From Saprolegnia diclina VS20 (lineage: Eukaryota), in assembly GCF_000281045.1 (NCBI RefSeq), contig NW_008246081.1, positions 241,838-305,837 on the forward strand: DNA of 64,000 bases. The letters are read 5' to 3'. This document shows, piece by piece, positions 12,672-25,489 of this stretch. The notes beneath the pieces were generated by a model, which did not search any database, was not told where the DNA came from, and saw nothing but the letters and a program-made list of their open reading frames with translations. The position numbers and the translations under genes are program-made. The stretch's first letter is position 1; every line of letters begins with the position of its first letter.

Positions 12672-14451
12672 ATGCTCTCGTCCCTGCGCCAGCCGCTCCT
12701 GCGCCGCGCCTTGTCGTCGCACGCGCTGCCGTTCGCCGCCGCCTCCAACGTCCTCGACGGCCGCATCAACACCAAGTCGGCCGACTTTGTCGACAGCATG
12801 AAGCGCATGAACGACCTCACGGCCGAGCTCAAGGTTCTCTTCATGTACCTATCAGCACTCACATCTCAATCGCATTTGTGGTAGGTTCGTCTCGACAAGA
12901 CGCGCCTCGGCGGTGGTGAGGCGGCGCGCGCCAAGCACGTAGCCCGCAACAAGCTTCTCGTGCGCGATCGCATCGACTCGCTCTTGGACCCGGGCAGTCC
13001 GTTCCTCGAGCTCTCGCCCTTGGCGTACGCTGCTGGTCCTTGGGGGATGTACCTCTCATGCTATGGCGTGTAGCGCCAACGGCATGTACGGCACGGACGT
13101 CCCCGCCGCCGGGATCGTCACGGGCATTGGTCGCATCAACGGCATCGAGTGCATGATTCTCGGCAACGACGCGACCGTGAAGGGCGGCACGTACTTCCCC
13201 ATGACGGTCAAGAAGCATTTGCGTGCGCAGGAGATTGCGCGTGAGAACCGCCTGCCGTGCATCTACATGGTTGACTCGGGCGGCGCGTTCCTGCCCCTCC
13301 AGGCCGAGATCTTCCCGGACAAGGAGCACTTTGGCCGCGAGTTTTACAACCAAGCCATCATGTCGTCCGAGGGCATTCCGCAGATCGCGGTCGTCATGGG
13401 CAGCTGCACGGCCGGCGGCGCGTACGTCCCGGCCATGTGCGACGAGAGTGTCATTGTCCAGGGCAACGGCACGGTCTTCCTCGCGGGCCCGCCGCTCGTC
13501 AAGGCGGCGACAGGCGAGGTCGTCTCGGCCGAGGAGCTCGGTGGCGCCGACGTCCACTGCCGCACGTCGGGCGTGACGGACCACCTCGCCAAGAACGACG
13601 CGCACGCGATCGACATTGTGCGCCGGATCGTGTCCAACTTAAACCACGAGAAGAAGCCGGACATGACGCTGACGCCGGTCGAAGAGCCGGTCTTTAGCCC
13701 CGAAGAGCTCGGCGGCGTCATTCCCGTCGACTCGCGCAAGCCGTTTGACGTGCGCAAGGTCATTGCGCGCCTCGTCGACGGCTCCAAGTTTGACGAGTTC
13801 AAGCAGCACTACGGCACGACGATCGTCACGGGCTTTGCGCGCCTCTACGGTCGCCCGATCGGTATCATTGCCAACAACGGCATTCTCTTCTCCGAGTCGA
13901 GTGTCAAGGCCGCGCACTTTATCGAGCTCTGCACGCAGCGCCAGATCCCGCTGCTCTTTCTCCAAAACATCACTGGCTTCATGGTCGGCAAGAAGGCCGA
14001 GCACGGCGGTATCGCCAAGGATGGCGCCAAGCTTGTGACTGCCGTCTCGTGCGCCAAGGTGCCCAAGGTGACGGTCATCATCGGTGGCAGCTACGGTGCG
14101 GGCAACTACGGCATGTGCGGCCGCGCCTTCTCGCCGCGCTTCTTGTACATGTGGCCCAACGCGCGCATCTCGGTCATGGGCGGCGAGCAGGCCGCGGGCG
14201 TCTTGGCGACGGTCCAGCGCGACAACCTCGAGCGTGCCGGCAAGACGTGGTCGGCGGAGGAAGAGGCTGCGTTCAAGCAGCCGACGCTCGAAAAGTACGA
14301 GGCCGAGAGCTCGGCGTACTACTCGACGGCCCGCCTCTGGGACGATGGCATCATCGACCCGAAGGACACGCGCAAGATCCTCGGCCTCAGCTTCAGCGCC
14401 GCGCTCAACGAAAAGCCCGAGCCGACCAAGTTTGGCGTCTTCCGTATGTAG
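12672..14451 (+). CDS. MCCC2: Methylcrotonoyl-CoA carboxylase beta subunit, mitochondrial (3 exons)
   Basis: Transit-peptide-like N-terminus; [50 protein letters not shown]-terminal FGVFRM. Confidence 0.97.
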
Positions 14452-14612
14452 AGCGATACGCATAAGCTGTAGAGAAACAAGGAGCGTTGCTGTGTGTGAA
14501 CAACGACAACGAGGTTGCATATCCCCATCGCTCGATCAATGGACATGGAGTACCAAGTGCACGAGCATGTATGATGATGGCTGGTTAGGCAAATGACAAA
14601 AGCAAGGTGAAG

Positions 14613-15022
14613 TTACTTGTCGTCTTCCTTCTTGGGCGCGCGGAGAGCCCGCTGCAGTTGGTAGAGCTGCGCCGTTTCGTTCGAGACGTGGCACACGAAG
14701 AGGAGGTAGTTGCGCGGCTGGACCATCCAGGCAAAGCGCATGAAGATCAAGCTGTACATGGCCATGGCTAGTTGCGAGAGAGAGTAATGAGACGCTGCCG
14801 TGACGTCCTTGGCACCTACCGCCGGTCATGTTGACCGAGATCGTCTCCGCCGGCTTGTTCATGTCGGCGATCGCCTAGTACGACGACCATGAGCATCTTG
14901 CGATGGTCCTCGCGACGTACGGCGGCGACGAAGCCCCAGTTGGCGACGGGTCCCCAGAAGTGCGTCGTCTTGGGCCCCGTGGGGTGGTTGAGGAAGGACT
15001 TGAATCGACTGGCAAACGTCAT
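14613..15022 (-). CDS. MPC1: Mitochondrial pyruvate carrier (MPC1-like; 3 exons)
   Basis: [52 protein letters not shown]. Confidence 0.93.
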
Positions 15023-16138
15023 GAGCGGAAACTTTTACTCTGCGCCGCCCCCGGCCAGCACGCCTCCGCACGTTATCCGGATATCGAAACTCAATTGAGT
15101 ACGGTCTTACAAACATCAAGTCAAACAAATAGCGGCGTTGAGTTTGGCGTGCCGCAATGCCTTTCTATTCATCGCCGACAAAGAGCCTTCGCGAGGAAGA
15201 CGCCGTGGAAGCACTATGGCGCCTCCGCGGTAGAGTCGAGCGCCAACGTAATCCTGCCGACGTCCCTGCTTTTTATCCAGTGTCTTCGTTCGCTGCTTAG
15301 GTGCTAGCGGCTTTTGACGCCTGCATGGCCATGCTTCTTCTCGTAGATGCCTCAGAGCAAGCACTGCTGCTTTAGCGATATTGAAGAAACGTCCACGCAG
15401 AGCGAAATTGTCGGACTGGACTGGTACGAGGTGCGGTGAACATGCTCTAAATGCGACACCGGATCACATCTGGTGCTCGCGGCCTGAAGAAGGGTCGGGC
15501 GTGGGATTGGCAGCCGACGTGGACCAAGCGTGGAGTGTTGTGGGTGCATTTTCGGGTGATAGCCGGCATATTCCTTGAAAGGGGTGCTGGGACTTTGCTC
15601 GTCGTGAACGATTGTCAATAGAATCTCTCGCCTGGGGCAACCCGAGCGCTCTGCCAAGCGTCGTCGTCGTAGGCTGGAGGGGCGACCTCGTCTCAAGCAC
15701 GTTGATAGTTGCTGTAAAACACACCAACGAACCCAGACAGTGCACGACCAGGTACGCACTTACGAGTGTGCTTGGTACATGGTACGGGCGTTTGATGGGC
15801 ATGCTTGGCGCCACCTCGGAACGCAGAACGTCGCCCAAGTAGCTGCAATTTCGATCCTTCGATTCGCCTTCTCGCCTCCGTCATCCTCATTGGGCCACTC
15901 GAGAGCGATCTTTTGGCGTTCGATGGCCGTTGCGATCTCCAAAACGGTGGCGACGCCTTATGAACCTCTTTCTTTGAATGGAAGAATCTATTTGTTTTGA
16001 GAGTTTTCCGACTATCCGGATTCTCGACCCCATTACGCCCAGGTGATTGGGCAGCTGTGCTTTTTCCGGATCCGGATCATGCCACTTCGTGAAACGCAAA
16101 CTCACTTTTGGTTTTGCTCGCAGCCGCAGACGCTCACC

Positions 16139-18157
16139 ATGACGACCGCTTCGCTCGCGTCGTCGTCGACGACCTCGCAATATGGATCGGTGCCCGCGAC
16201 CACGGGCAAGATAAACGCTCCAGAAGGCCTCAGCAAGAAGCTCTGGGCAGGCGCGGTGGTGGCTGCCACCATGGTGGCGGCCGGTGTCGTCATGACGACG
16301 GGCAGCTCGGACTCGACTATCATCATTGCCACCCTCGAGGACCATGCGCCGACCGTTGTTGAAGACAACGGCTTGCTCGTCGTCGAGTCGGCCTTTGAGG
16401 CGGAGCAGCTCTTCCGTCCCGTCGAGCACAAGGGTCTCACGAAGCAGAAGAAGTCCAAAAAGACCAAGGTCACCAGCACCATCCACGTCGACGACACCCA
16501 GGTCAAGCAAGAGATCCTTGGCTTTGGCGGCGCGTTCACGGAGGCAGCGGCAATCCAGTTCAAGAAACTGTCGCCGGAGCTCCAAGAAGAAGTCTTGCGC
16601 CTCTACTTTGACAAGGAGACGGGCGCCGGCTACACGATTGGTCGCGTGCCGATGAACTCGTGCGACTACTCGCCGGGGTCGTACTCGTTTGACGATGTCG
16701 TCGACGATGTGACCTTGTCGCACTTCGACATGAACGTGACGCACGACCACGACACTATGATCCCTTTCATTCAGGCTGCGCTGGCCAAGCGTCCAGACAT
16801 CAAGCTCTTCCTCTCGCCGTGGAGCCCGCCTGCGTGGATGAAGCTGCCGGACGGCAAGGGCAAGCAAACCATGACAGGTTCCGTCCAGCCCGTGGGCCTC
16901 GACCCCAAGTACCGCTCCGCGTGGGCACTCTACTTTTCCAAGTTTATCACGGCGTACCAGGGCCAGAACATTTCGTTCTGGGGCCTCACGCCGCAGAACG
17001 AACCCATGTTTGCGGCTCCGTGGGAAGCGTGCTCGTACGACGCGCAGGCCGAAGCCGCATTCGTCGCCGACTACCTCGGCCCGCAGATCCGCCAGGACCA
17101 CCCGGACGTCAAGATCATGGTGTTTGACCACAACCGCGACGCCGTGACGCAGTGGGCCCAGGCGGCGTACAACAAGGCCGCCGAGTACGTCGACGGTGTC
17201 GCCGTCCACTGGTACAACGGCGGTGGCCGCGAGCTGGACGGTGTCCTCTTCCACACACACCTCAACGACACGCACCATCTGAACCCGGACAAGTTCATCC
17301 TCGCGACCGAGAGCTGCAACTGCCCGGACGTAGCCTCCGGCGCCGACGGCTGGTTCCGCGGCCAGCGCTACGCCCACGACATTCTCGGCAATCTCAACAA
17401 CTGGGCCGTCGGCTGGGTCGACTGGAACCTCATGCTCGATCACACGGGTGGCCCCAACCACCTCGGCAACACGTGCGACGCGCCCATCATCATGAACCCG
17501 GCCGGCGACAACTTTACGCTCCAGCCCATGTACCACTTTATCAAGCACTTTTCGCAGTTTGCGCCGCCCGGCTCCAAGCGCATTGCGTCCGACATCCGCG
17601 TCGAGTACGCGGCGCCGGGCATCCCGGACCTCTACACGCAGTACCCGGCGGCGGCGCACCACTGCGACAAGTCGAGCCGACAGTCGCTCTACAAGACGCA
17701 GGACTCGAAGATCAAGGTCACGGACAACGACTTTTGCATCGACGTCGTGCACGAGTGGTTTGGCAACAAGATCGAGCTCGTCAAGTGCATCTACACGTCC
17801 AACAGCTGGACGTTCGGCGATGACGGCTCGATCCACTTCCGCGGCCAGTGCCTCGCGACCGCCCACGGCTCGCTCGAGTCGGGCGCCGCGCTCACGCTCG
17901 AGCAGTGCGTGGACGCGGACCACCAGAAGTGGACCTTCGTCGACACGCAGCTCGTCAACAAGGCCACCGGGCTCTGCGCGACCGCGGGGTACGCGTTCGC
18001 GCAAGCGATTGCGTTCAAGACGCCAGAGGACAAGAAGGTGCTCGTCGTCCTCAACGAAAACTCGGAAGACGCTTCGTTCACACTCACAACCAACGACGGC
18101 CGGCAAGTGGAGACTACCGTGCCCAAGGGCGCGATCCGGACGTACCAGTGGGCGTAA
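16139..18157 (+). CDS. Glycoside hydrolase family 30 (glucosylceramidase/beta-1,6-glucanase-like) with ricin-B lectin domain and N-terminal membrane anchor
   Basis: GFGGAFTEAA, RVPMNSCD, SPWSPPAWMK, catalytic QNEP and LATE, GWVDWNL; ricin-type C..QxW repeats near the C-terminus. Confidence 0.95.
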   Translation: MTTASLASSSTTSQYGSVPATTGKINAPEGLSKKLWAGAVVAATMVAAGVVMTTGSSDSTIIIATLEDHAPTVVEDNGLLVVESAFEAEQLFRPVEHKGLTKQKKSKKTKVTSTIHVDDTQVKQEILGFGGAFTEAAAIQFKKLSPELQEEVLRLYFDKETGAGYTIGRVPMNSCDYSPGSYSFDDVVDDVTLSHFDMNVTHDHDTMIPFIQAALAKRPDIKLFLSPWSPPAWMKLPDGKGKQTMTGSVQPVGLDPKYRSAWALYFSKFITAYQGQNISFWGLTPQNEPMFAAPWEACSYDAQAEAAFVADYLGPQIRQDHPDVKIMVFDHNRDAVTQWAQAAYNKAAEYVDGVAVHWYNGGGRELDGVLFHTHLNDTHHLNPDKFILATESCNCPDVASGADGWFRGQRYAHDILGNLNNWAVGWVDWNLMLDHTGGPNHLGNTCDAPIIMNPAGDNFTLQPMYHFIKHFSQFAPPGSKRIASDIRVEYAAPGIPDLYTQYPAAAHHCDKSSRQSLYKTQDSKIKVTDNDFCIDVVHEWFGNKIELVKCIYTSNSWTFGDDGSIHFRGQCLATAHGSLESGAALTLEQCVDADHQKWTFVDTQLVNKATGLCATAGYAFAQAIAFKTPEDKKVLVVLNENSEDASFTLTTNDGRQVETTVPKGAIRTYQWA

Positions 18158-18412
18158 AGCCTTGTTCTTATGCTGAATCGAGTCGTGATATTCGTGTGCT
18201 TGTCGCTTCCACGAGCCACGACGATGGTTGGCATGTCGCAAGCGCATCCGCCTCCGGAGGCTGCTGCCGTAAACGTCGGAGAGGGTGTCGACGGGACAGC
18301 GATCGGCGGTTGGTAGCCGCTCGTTCTGGTCCTCGTGGCTAACTTCAAGTGGCGGCAAATTGAACCGGCTGCTCGCCCAGCTTCAAGCCCCACTGTCGAC
18401 AAAATTCGGACG

Positions 18413-18448
18413 CGATCACCTAATTAGGAAGCCGATCACCTAATTAGG
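18413..18448. repeat. 16-bp direct repeat CGATCACCTAATTAGG x2, each containing the palindrome CCTAATTAGG
   Basis: Copies at 18413-18428 and 18433-18448, about 110 bp upstream of the second GH30 start. Confidence 0.85.
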
Positions 18449-18560
18449 TCATGAGTCCGAAGTGGCACTTTCTCAGCATGTGATTGGATTGGCTGCAGCG
18501 CGTAGCGATCCCAGGTGATGGGCGAAACGTCGCTTGGGTCACTTTTCGAAATCCTCTTTG

Positions 18561-20519
18561 ATGCAGACGCACAAGACGACGTACGGCAGCCTACCGCTCG
18601 CCGCCGACGACGCCGAGTCGCCCATGTGCGTGCGCCACAAGCACCTCCGCGCCATCGGCCTCGTCTCGCTCGCGTCCTTGGCCGTCGGCGCCGTGACGTA
18701 CACAGCCAGCGCCGCCCGCGCTGTCGAGTCGAATGACCTCTTTGTTGTCGAGACGGCGGGTGAGAACCGCGTCGCACCCATCGCCCACGCCCCATTGGCG
18801 GCCAGCCCGCTTGCGCTCAATGAGAACAGCTACATTCGCATTGACAGCGGTGTCGAGTACCAAGAAATCTTGGGGTTTGGCGGTGCGTTTACCGAGTCGG
18901 CAGCGATCCAGTTTATGAAGCTGCCCGCCGAGAAGCGCGAGGAGCTACTCCGCTTGTACTTTGATCCCGAGACAGGCTCGGCGTACTCGTTCGGGCGCGT
19001 GCCCATGAACTCGTGCGACTTTAGCCCGGGCACGTACTCGTTCGCTGAAGTACCCCACGATACGAACCTCGAGCATTTCGACTCGTCCGTCGCGCACGAC
19101 AACGAAGCCATGATCCCGTTCATTCGCGCCGCGCTGGCCAAGCGTCCGGACATGAAGCTCTTCCTCTCGCCGTGGAGCCCGCCGGCGTGGATGAAGTACC
19201 CCGACGCGCACGGAGCGTCCAACATGCTCGGGTCCGCGGCGCCCTACGGGCTCTTGCACCAGTACCGGTCGACGTGGGCGCTGTACTTTTCCAAGTTCAT
19301 TGACGCGTACGCCGGGCACAACATTTCGTTTTGGGGCGTCACGCCGCAGAACGAGCCGCAGCAGCACGCACCGTGGGAAGCCTGCCTCTACGATGACGCG
19401 TACCAAGCGGACTTCATCGGCCACTTCCTCGGGCCGCAGCTGCGCAAGACGCACCCGAACGTGAAGCTGCTCATGTTTGACCACAACCGCGGCAACGTCC
19501 AGATGTGGGCCGGCGCCGTCTACAAGCACAAGGCCGCGACGCAGTACATTGACGGCGTCGCGTTCCATTGGTACGACAACACGCGCGAGCTCGACGGCGT
19601 CCAGAACCACGAGCACGTCAACGACACGCACAACCTGCACCCGGAGAAGATTCTGCTGGCGACCGAGGCGGCCAACTGCCCGGGCGTCGCGTCCGGTGAC
19701 GATGCGTGGGCACGCGGCATGCGCTACGCCCACGACATTCTTGGCGACCTCAACAACTGGGCGGCCGGCTGGGTCGACTGGAACCTCATTCTGGACCACG
19801 AAGGAGGTCCCAACAAGCTCGGGAACGCGTGCGACGCACCCATGATCCTCCATGAAGACGGGTTGAACTTTACGGTCCAGCCCATGTATCACTTTATCAA
19901 GCACTTTTCTGCGTTTGTGCCGCCCGGCGCCAAGCGCATTGCGTCCGACGTGCGCGTGACATACGCAGCCCCCGGCAACGTCACGCTCGGCAACCAGTTT
20001 CCGGGCGGCGCGTACCACTGCGACCAGTCAGCCAACCAAGCGTTCGAGCGCACGTCCGACAACAAGCTCAAGGTCGTTGGCACCATGTACTGCCTCGACG
20101 TCGTCCACGAAGAGTGGCTCGGTGATCGAATCGAGATGGTCAACTGCATGTACACGCAGCACCAATGGAGTTTTACCAATGCCAGCACGATCCAGTTCCA
20201 GAACATGTGCTTGACGGCGCGCTATGGCGCCTTGGACAACGGCGGGCGGCTCTCGATCGAGCCATGCGAGGCGGGCGCGACCCACCAAGCATGGAGCTTC
20301 CACGGCCACGAGCTGCGCAACCAGATGACCAACAAGTGCGTGACGGCGGGCTATGCACTGACGCAGGCAGCAGCCTTCAAGACGCCGGCCAACGACATGG
20401 TGCTCGTCGTCCTCAACGAAAACACCGAAGACGCCCACTTTACGCTTGTCGTCGGCGACGTGTCGGTGCCAACGTATGTGCCCAAGCGAGGTATTCGCAC
20501 ATACCGCTGGGCCGCCTAA
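18561..20519 (+). CDS. GH30 + ricin-B protein, tandem paralog
   Basis: Same motifs (QNEP, LATE, GWVDWNL) and same architecture as 16139-18157. Confidence 0.95.
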   Translation: MQTHKTTYGSLPLAADDAESPMCVRHKHLRAIGLVSLASLAVGAVTYTASAARAVESNDLFVVETAGENRVAPIAHAPLAASPLALNENSYIRIDSGVEYQEILGFGGAFTESAAIQFMKLPAEKREELLRLYFDPETGSAYSFGRVPMNSCDFSPGTYSFAEVPHDTNLEHFDSSVAHDNEAMIPFIRAALAKRPDMKLFLSPWSPPAWMKYPDAHGASNMLGSAAPYGLLHQYRSTWALYFSKFIDAYAGHNISFWGVTPQNEPQQHAPWEACLYDDAYQADFIGHFLGPQLRKTHPNVKLLMFDHNRGNVQMWAGAVYKHKAATQYIDGVAFHWYDNTRELDGVQNHEHVNDTHNLHPEKILLATEAANCPGVASGDDAWARGMRYAHDILGDLNNWAAGWVDWNLILDHEGGPNKLGNACDAPMILHEDGLNFTVQPMYHFIKHFSAFVPPGAKRIASDVRVTYAAPGNVTLGNQFPGGAYHCDQSANQAFERTSDNKLKVVGTMYCLDVVHEEWLGDRIEMVNCMYTQHQWSFTNASTIQFQNMCLTARYGALDNGGRLSIEPCEAGATHQAWSFHGHELRNQMTNKCVTAGYALTQAAAFKTPANDMVLVVLNENTEDAHFTLVVGDVSVPTYVPKRGIRTYRWAA

Positions 20520-20539
20520 GCGCCTTTAACTCTCTTGAT

Positions 20540-21324
20540 TTACTCTTCGATCATGGTTGCAATGGCCGCCTCGGATGCGTGGATCGCCAAGTGCAGTGGG
20601 ATCTTGGAGTGCTTGCGCCGCGCTTCAAACACCTCGATGGCCTCGCGGTCGTACGCCGGGTCGACGTCGTCTTTTGAAATCTACGAGCACTCAGAACGTA
20701 TTGCGGTATGAAGAGGAAGAAACCTCTTTCCACACAAACTCGGCGTCGAGATGGCGTACAAACTCTGCCCGCGTCGCGGGACTCCGGCGCTCGTTGGCAA
20801 TGTAGATGATTGTCTACGCATTTGCGGTTGGAGGACCGAGGGCGTTGATGCTACCTTGCGGTTGGCGAGGGCGAGGATCGACTGGATCAGTGGCTTGACC
20901 GCTGCGACGTCGTAGAGGACATCGGCGCACAAAATGATATCTGCGAAGAAGAATGAGCACAGAAGGAGTCGATGGGTGTACCAAAGGGTGGCGTATCGGG
21001 AAGGAGCGACGACACGGACGCGCATGATGTGCCCCACGAGTACTCGTGCACGAAGACGCGGCCTGCGGTCTCGGCCTCGCTAAAGTTGGACGCGACGTTC
21101 TGCGTGAGCCATTGCAGGACGGGCCCGACATCTGTGAGCACGACGTGGTAGCCGAGCTTAGCGAAGGCAATGCCTGCGAGGCCGCACCCAGCGCCAAGCT
21201 CAATGACGCTGATTGCCGCCTTCTTGCGCTTGTGCTGCGCGAGCGCCAAGTCGAAGCGCGACGCGCGCTGCTTCTCGATGAACTTCATAAAGACCTTGCT
21301 GCTGTCCCAGACTGTGCTGCCGAG
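20540..21324 (-). CDS. Protein lysine methyltransferase family 16 (METTL21-like); 5' end in the gap, multi-exon
   Basis: GSTVWDSS, VIELGAGCGLAG, VVLTD, YSWG, DIILCADVLY. Confidence 0.9.
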
Positions 21325-21834
21325 NNNNNNNNNNNNNNNNNNNNNNNNNNNNNNNNNNNNNNNNNNNNNNNNNNNNNNNNNNNNNNNNNNNNNNNNNNNN
21401 NNNNNNNNNNNNNNNNNNNNNNNNNNNNNNNNNNNNNNNNNNNNNNNNNNNNNNNNNNNNNNNNNNNNNNNNNNNNNNNNNNNNNNNNNNNNNNNNNNNN
21501 NNNNNNNNNNNNNNNNNNNNNNNNNNNNNNNNNNNNNNNNNNNNNNNNNNNNNNNNNNNNNNNNNNNNNNNNNNNNNNNNNNNNNNNNNNNNNNNNNNNN
21601 NNNNNNNNNNNNNNNNNNNNNNNNNNNNNNNNNNNNNNNNNNNNNNNNNNNNNNNNNNNNNNNNNNNNNNNNNNNNNNNNNNNNNNNNNNNNNNNNNNNN
21701 NNNNNNNNNNNNNNNNNNNNNNNNNNNNNNNNNNNNNNNNNNNNNNNNNNNNNNNNNNNNNNNNNNNNNNNNNNNNNNNNNNNNNNNNNNNNNNNNNNNN
21801 NNNNNNNNNNNNNNNNNNNNNNNNNNNNNNNNNN

Positions 21835-22805
<971 letters not shown>

Positions 22806-23319
22806 CTAAGATGCTCGAGTTATTTGAATGGCCAAATGCCAACAACGTCCGCCGCGCGCTCATTGGCCAACACAATCAAGCGCTCGAAAACGGACCAATC
22901 CGATAGCAGCGTTGACCGCCATGATGCGATCTTGGCGCGTTGAGCTCACAAGCGCTGCCCGCAAGAGAAGCCTCCAGTACGCTAGCCGAGACGACCTCCA
23001 GCACGATCACAGCGCAGTCAAGTCTCTCGCTGCAGGCGCCGTTCAGCATCTGGACATGAGATGGACGCCCACACTTGGCAGGAAGAAGCTGTCCTTTCCA
23101 AGCAAAGCATCTGGACTGCATGAGGGGAGCATTGCCCGTTGCGTCGCCCAGCGACTGCGAGCGCAATGGCGAAGCGATGACCCTCGTGATCCGCTGGGAC
23201 AACGAGCAGCAAACCATTCTAGGCATCGACGTGGCATCGCCGTGGCTGCGGTGGGACAAATAGCCTCTTCGTTCTGATTGGCTGAAACTCGCTAACGAGT
23301 TGGAAGCCGGAGCGCTGCG

Positions 23320-24473
23320 ATGGTCTTGGCAGAGGAGGGCGGTCTGCCGGTCGCCATCTATTCCTCGATTGACCTCGGCCTCTACCTCCTCCTCCTCTCT
23401 GTCTTCATGGTCTTCTCCTTCAAGCGCTGCCAGGAGGCGACCGACGACGTCCTTGCGACGAAGGCCACGCGCTGGATGACGCACGCGGACCCGGCGCTCC
23501 TCGCCATGCCCCTCAACCGCATCGCGCTCGCCGGCAGCCACAACTCGGGCTCGTACGCCTCGCGCGCCCACGAGAAGTGCCACTCGGGCGACTGCGACGC
23601 CAACTTGGCCAAGTACATTCGGCTGCCGCCCGTCTCGTTTGTCGTCAAGCGCTGGGCCAAGGTATGTCTAGTCCGCGGTCATCCCAGCTTGAACGGCGTC
23701 TCTAGTGCCAGCGAGTCTCGATCTTGCACCAGCTTTTGCATGGCATTCGGTACCTCGACATTCGGCTCCAGATCCACGAGAGAAGCATCCACCTCTGCCA
23801 CAGCCTCTGCTTCCTCGAGGCGACGAGCATGATCGACCAACTCGTGACCTTCCTGGCCGCGCACCCGCAAGAACTCATTGTCGTCGACATCAACCATATT
23901 TATACACACGATGCCGAAGGCCACACGCGGTTTCTCCACCTCTTCCTCTCGCGCGTCGGCCGCGCCCGCATCGCGACGCCGTCAAGCCACACACCGAGCT
24001 CGACGCTCGACTCATTCCGCAGCGCTGGCGTCCAAGTCGTGCTCATCTACCACGAGGCCGCATCCGCGGCGGCGGCAGACGTCTGGGGCCCCGACACGAT
24101 TGTCTCCGTGTGGCCCAACGTTCCGACGGCCCAAGATGTGATGGAGCACGGGAAGGGCCAGCTCCTCGACGAGATGTCGGATGACGAGCCTCGGCTGCGC
24201 GTGCTGCAAATGCTTCCGACACCGTCTGGGAAGGACCTCACACGGTACACGTCCGTGCTGCGCTTCTCGAGGGCCATGGTGCGCATGGCGCCGAGCTGGC
24301 TGCTCTCGCTCTGCGCCGAGCACGCGCCTGCCTTGCGCCGCTGCAACATCGTGCTCATGGACGACGCGGTGCACGGCGGGAACGCGTTCGTCGAAGCGCT
24401 GCTCGAGCTCAACCGTATCAAGATCAAGACGTGGACCATCGACGTGACGGTCACGGATGGCAAGGCCGAGTAG
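23320..24473 (+). CDS. PI-specific phospholipase C X-domain protein (PLCXD-like) with N-terminal TM; intron about 23662-23705
   Basis: LAGSHNSGS, WAK|CQR, QLLHGIRYLDIR, LCHSL, FLAAHPQELIVVD. Confidence 0.88.
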
Positions 24474-24548
24474 CCTCTTGCGTGCAACACTTGTTCGCGT
24501 GGTAGAAGAAGGGCACGAGGAAATACATTGACATGCATGCTGCTCGCT

Positions 24549-25001
24549 TCACTTGCTCGACTTGCGCACAATGTCGTCGAGGGACATGGAGAGCTTGCTC
24601 ACAGTCGGCAGCGGCTTTGCGGGCGCCTTTCCTTTCGAGGAGGCGGCGGCCTTGAAGTTGGTGGTCTTGAACGTTGTCGTGTCCTTCTTCGTGTGCTTGT
24701 AGTCGCGCTTCTTCGTGTGCAGCGCCTTGGACGGGCCATGCGGCTGCACCTTGTGTCCTACGGTGCGCTTGCGACCATTGACGTGGAATGTCGTTTCGTG
24801 GGACGACGCCTTGGATGGGCTTGCCGACGCGGACGATGACGTCGACCGCCCTTCGGCGATTGCCTTCTTCCGCTCCAAGAACTTGCGCAGGGCCTCTTCC
24901 TTGTTGGAGACAAGCTTGCCGCCGGGCCAGGCTATCCTGCGGGCGAGCACGGCCTTCTCGGCCTCGGCCTGGCTCGACTTGACATGCGCCAGCGAGATCA
25001 T
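24549..25001 (-). CDS. Small basic protein ending in a UAP56-binding-motif-like sequence
   Basis: 150-aa Lys/Arg-rich ORF with C-terminal SKLSMSLDDIV. Confidence 0.7.
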   Translation of the reverse strand: MISLAHVKSSQAEAEKAVLARRIAWPGGKLVSNKEEALRKFLERKKAIAEGRSTSSSASASPSKASSHETTFHVNGRKRTVGHKVQPHGPSKALHTKKRDYKHTKKDTTTFKTTNFKAAASSKGKAPAKPLPTVSKLSMSLDDIVRKSSK

Positions 25002-25489
25002 TGCGCGTCCTTGGCAAAACTTCTTTTGACGGTCGCAAGCCGCCGAAAAGCCACGATGTCATTTAAAAGCACACGTTCGAAATGCAACTTGGCGTTTGTA
25101 TGAAGCCGGAATAAAAATGATCGAAATCCGAGCTGAACTGGCCATTTCGAAGAATTTGGCACCGGCAAACGGCCGCCCTGCTACGTGCACGGTCGACGAC
25201 AGCCACGGCAGACAGCTAGCTGCGGAGGCACATTGGACGGGGATGACTTGCATGGCCACGACGGGGTCCTTCCGCAAGTGATGGCTTGGGAGAGGGTGCT
25301 AGCCTGTACTAGGGCACATCCGTGTACACGGCGAGCTTGGCGTGCTGTAGCCGCGATGAGCTCGTGCTGGTGCAGCTGACGACGGGCATACTACAGCTCT
25401 TGCCACGATGGTCATGAAGATGGTGGCGACCGAGTAAGGAACCAACGAGAGGATCGTGTTGAACATCGCACGCGTCGCTGGCTGTCTAT

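Noticed and set aside
15887..18358. 823-aa antisense ORF (also 284-2329, 18945-20018, 38532-40187, 47447-48580)
   Set aside because: Shadow ORFs opposite well-supported GC3-rich genes, with no domain motifs
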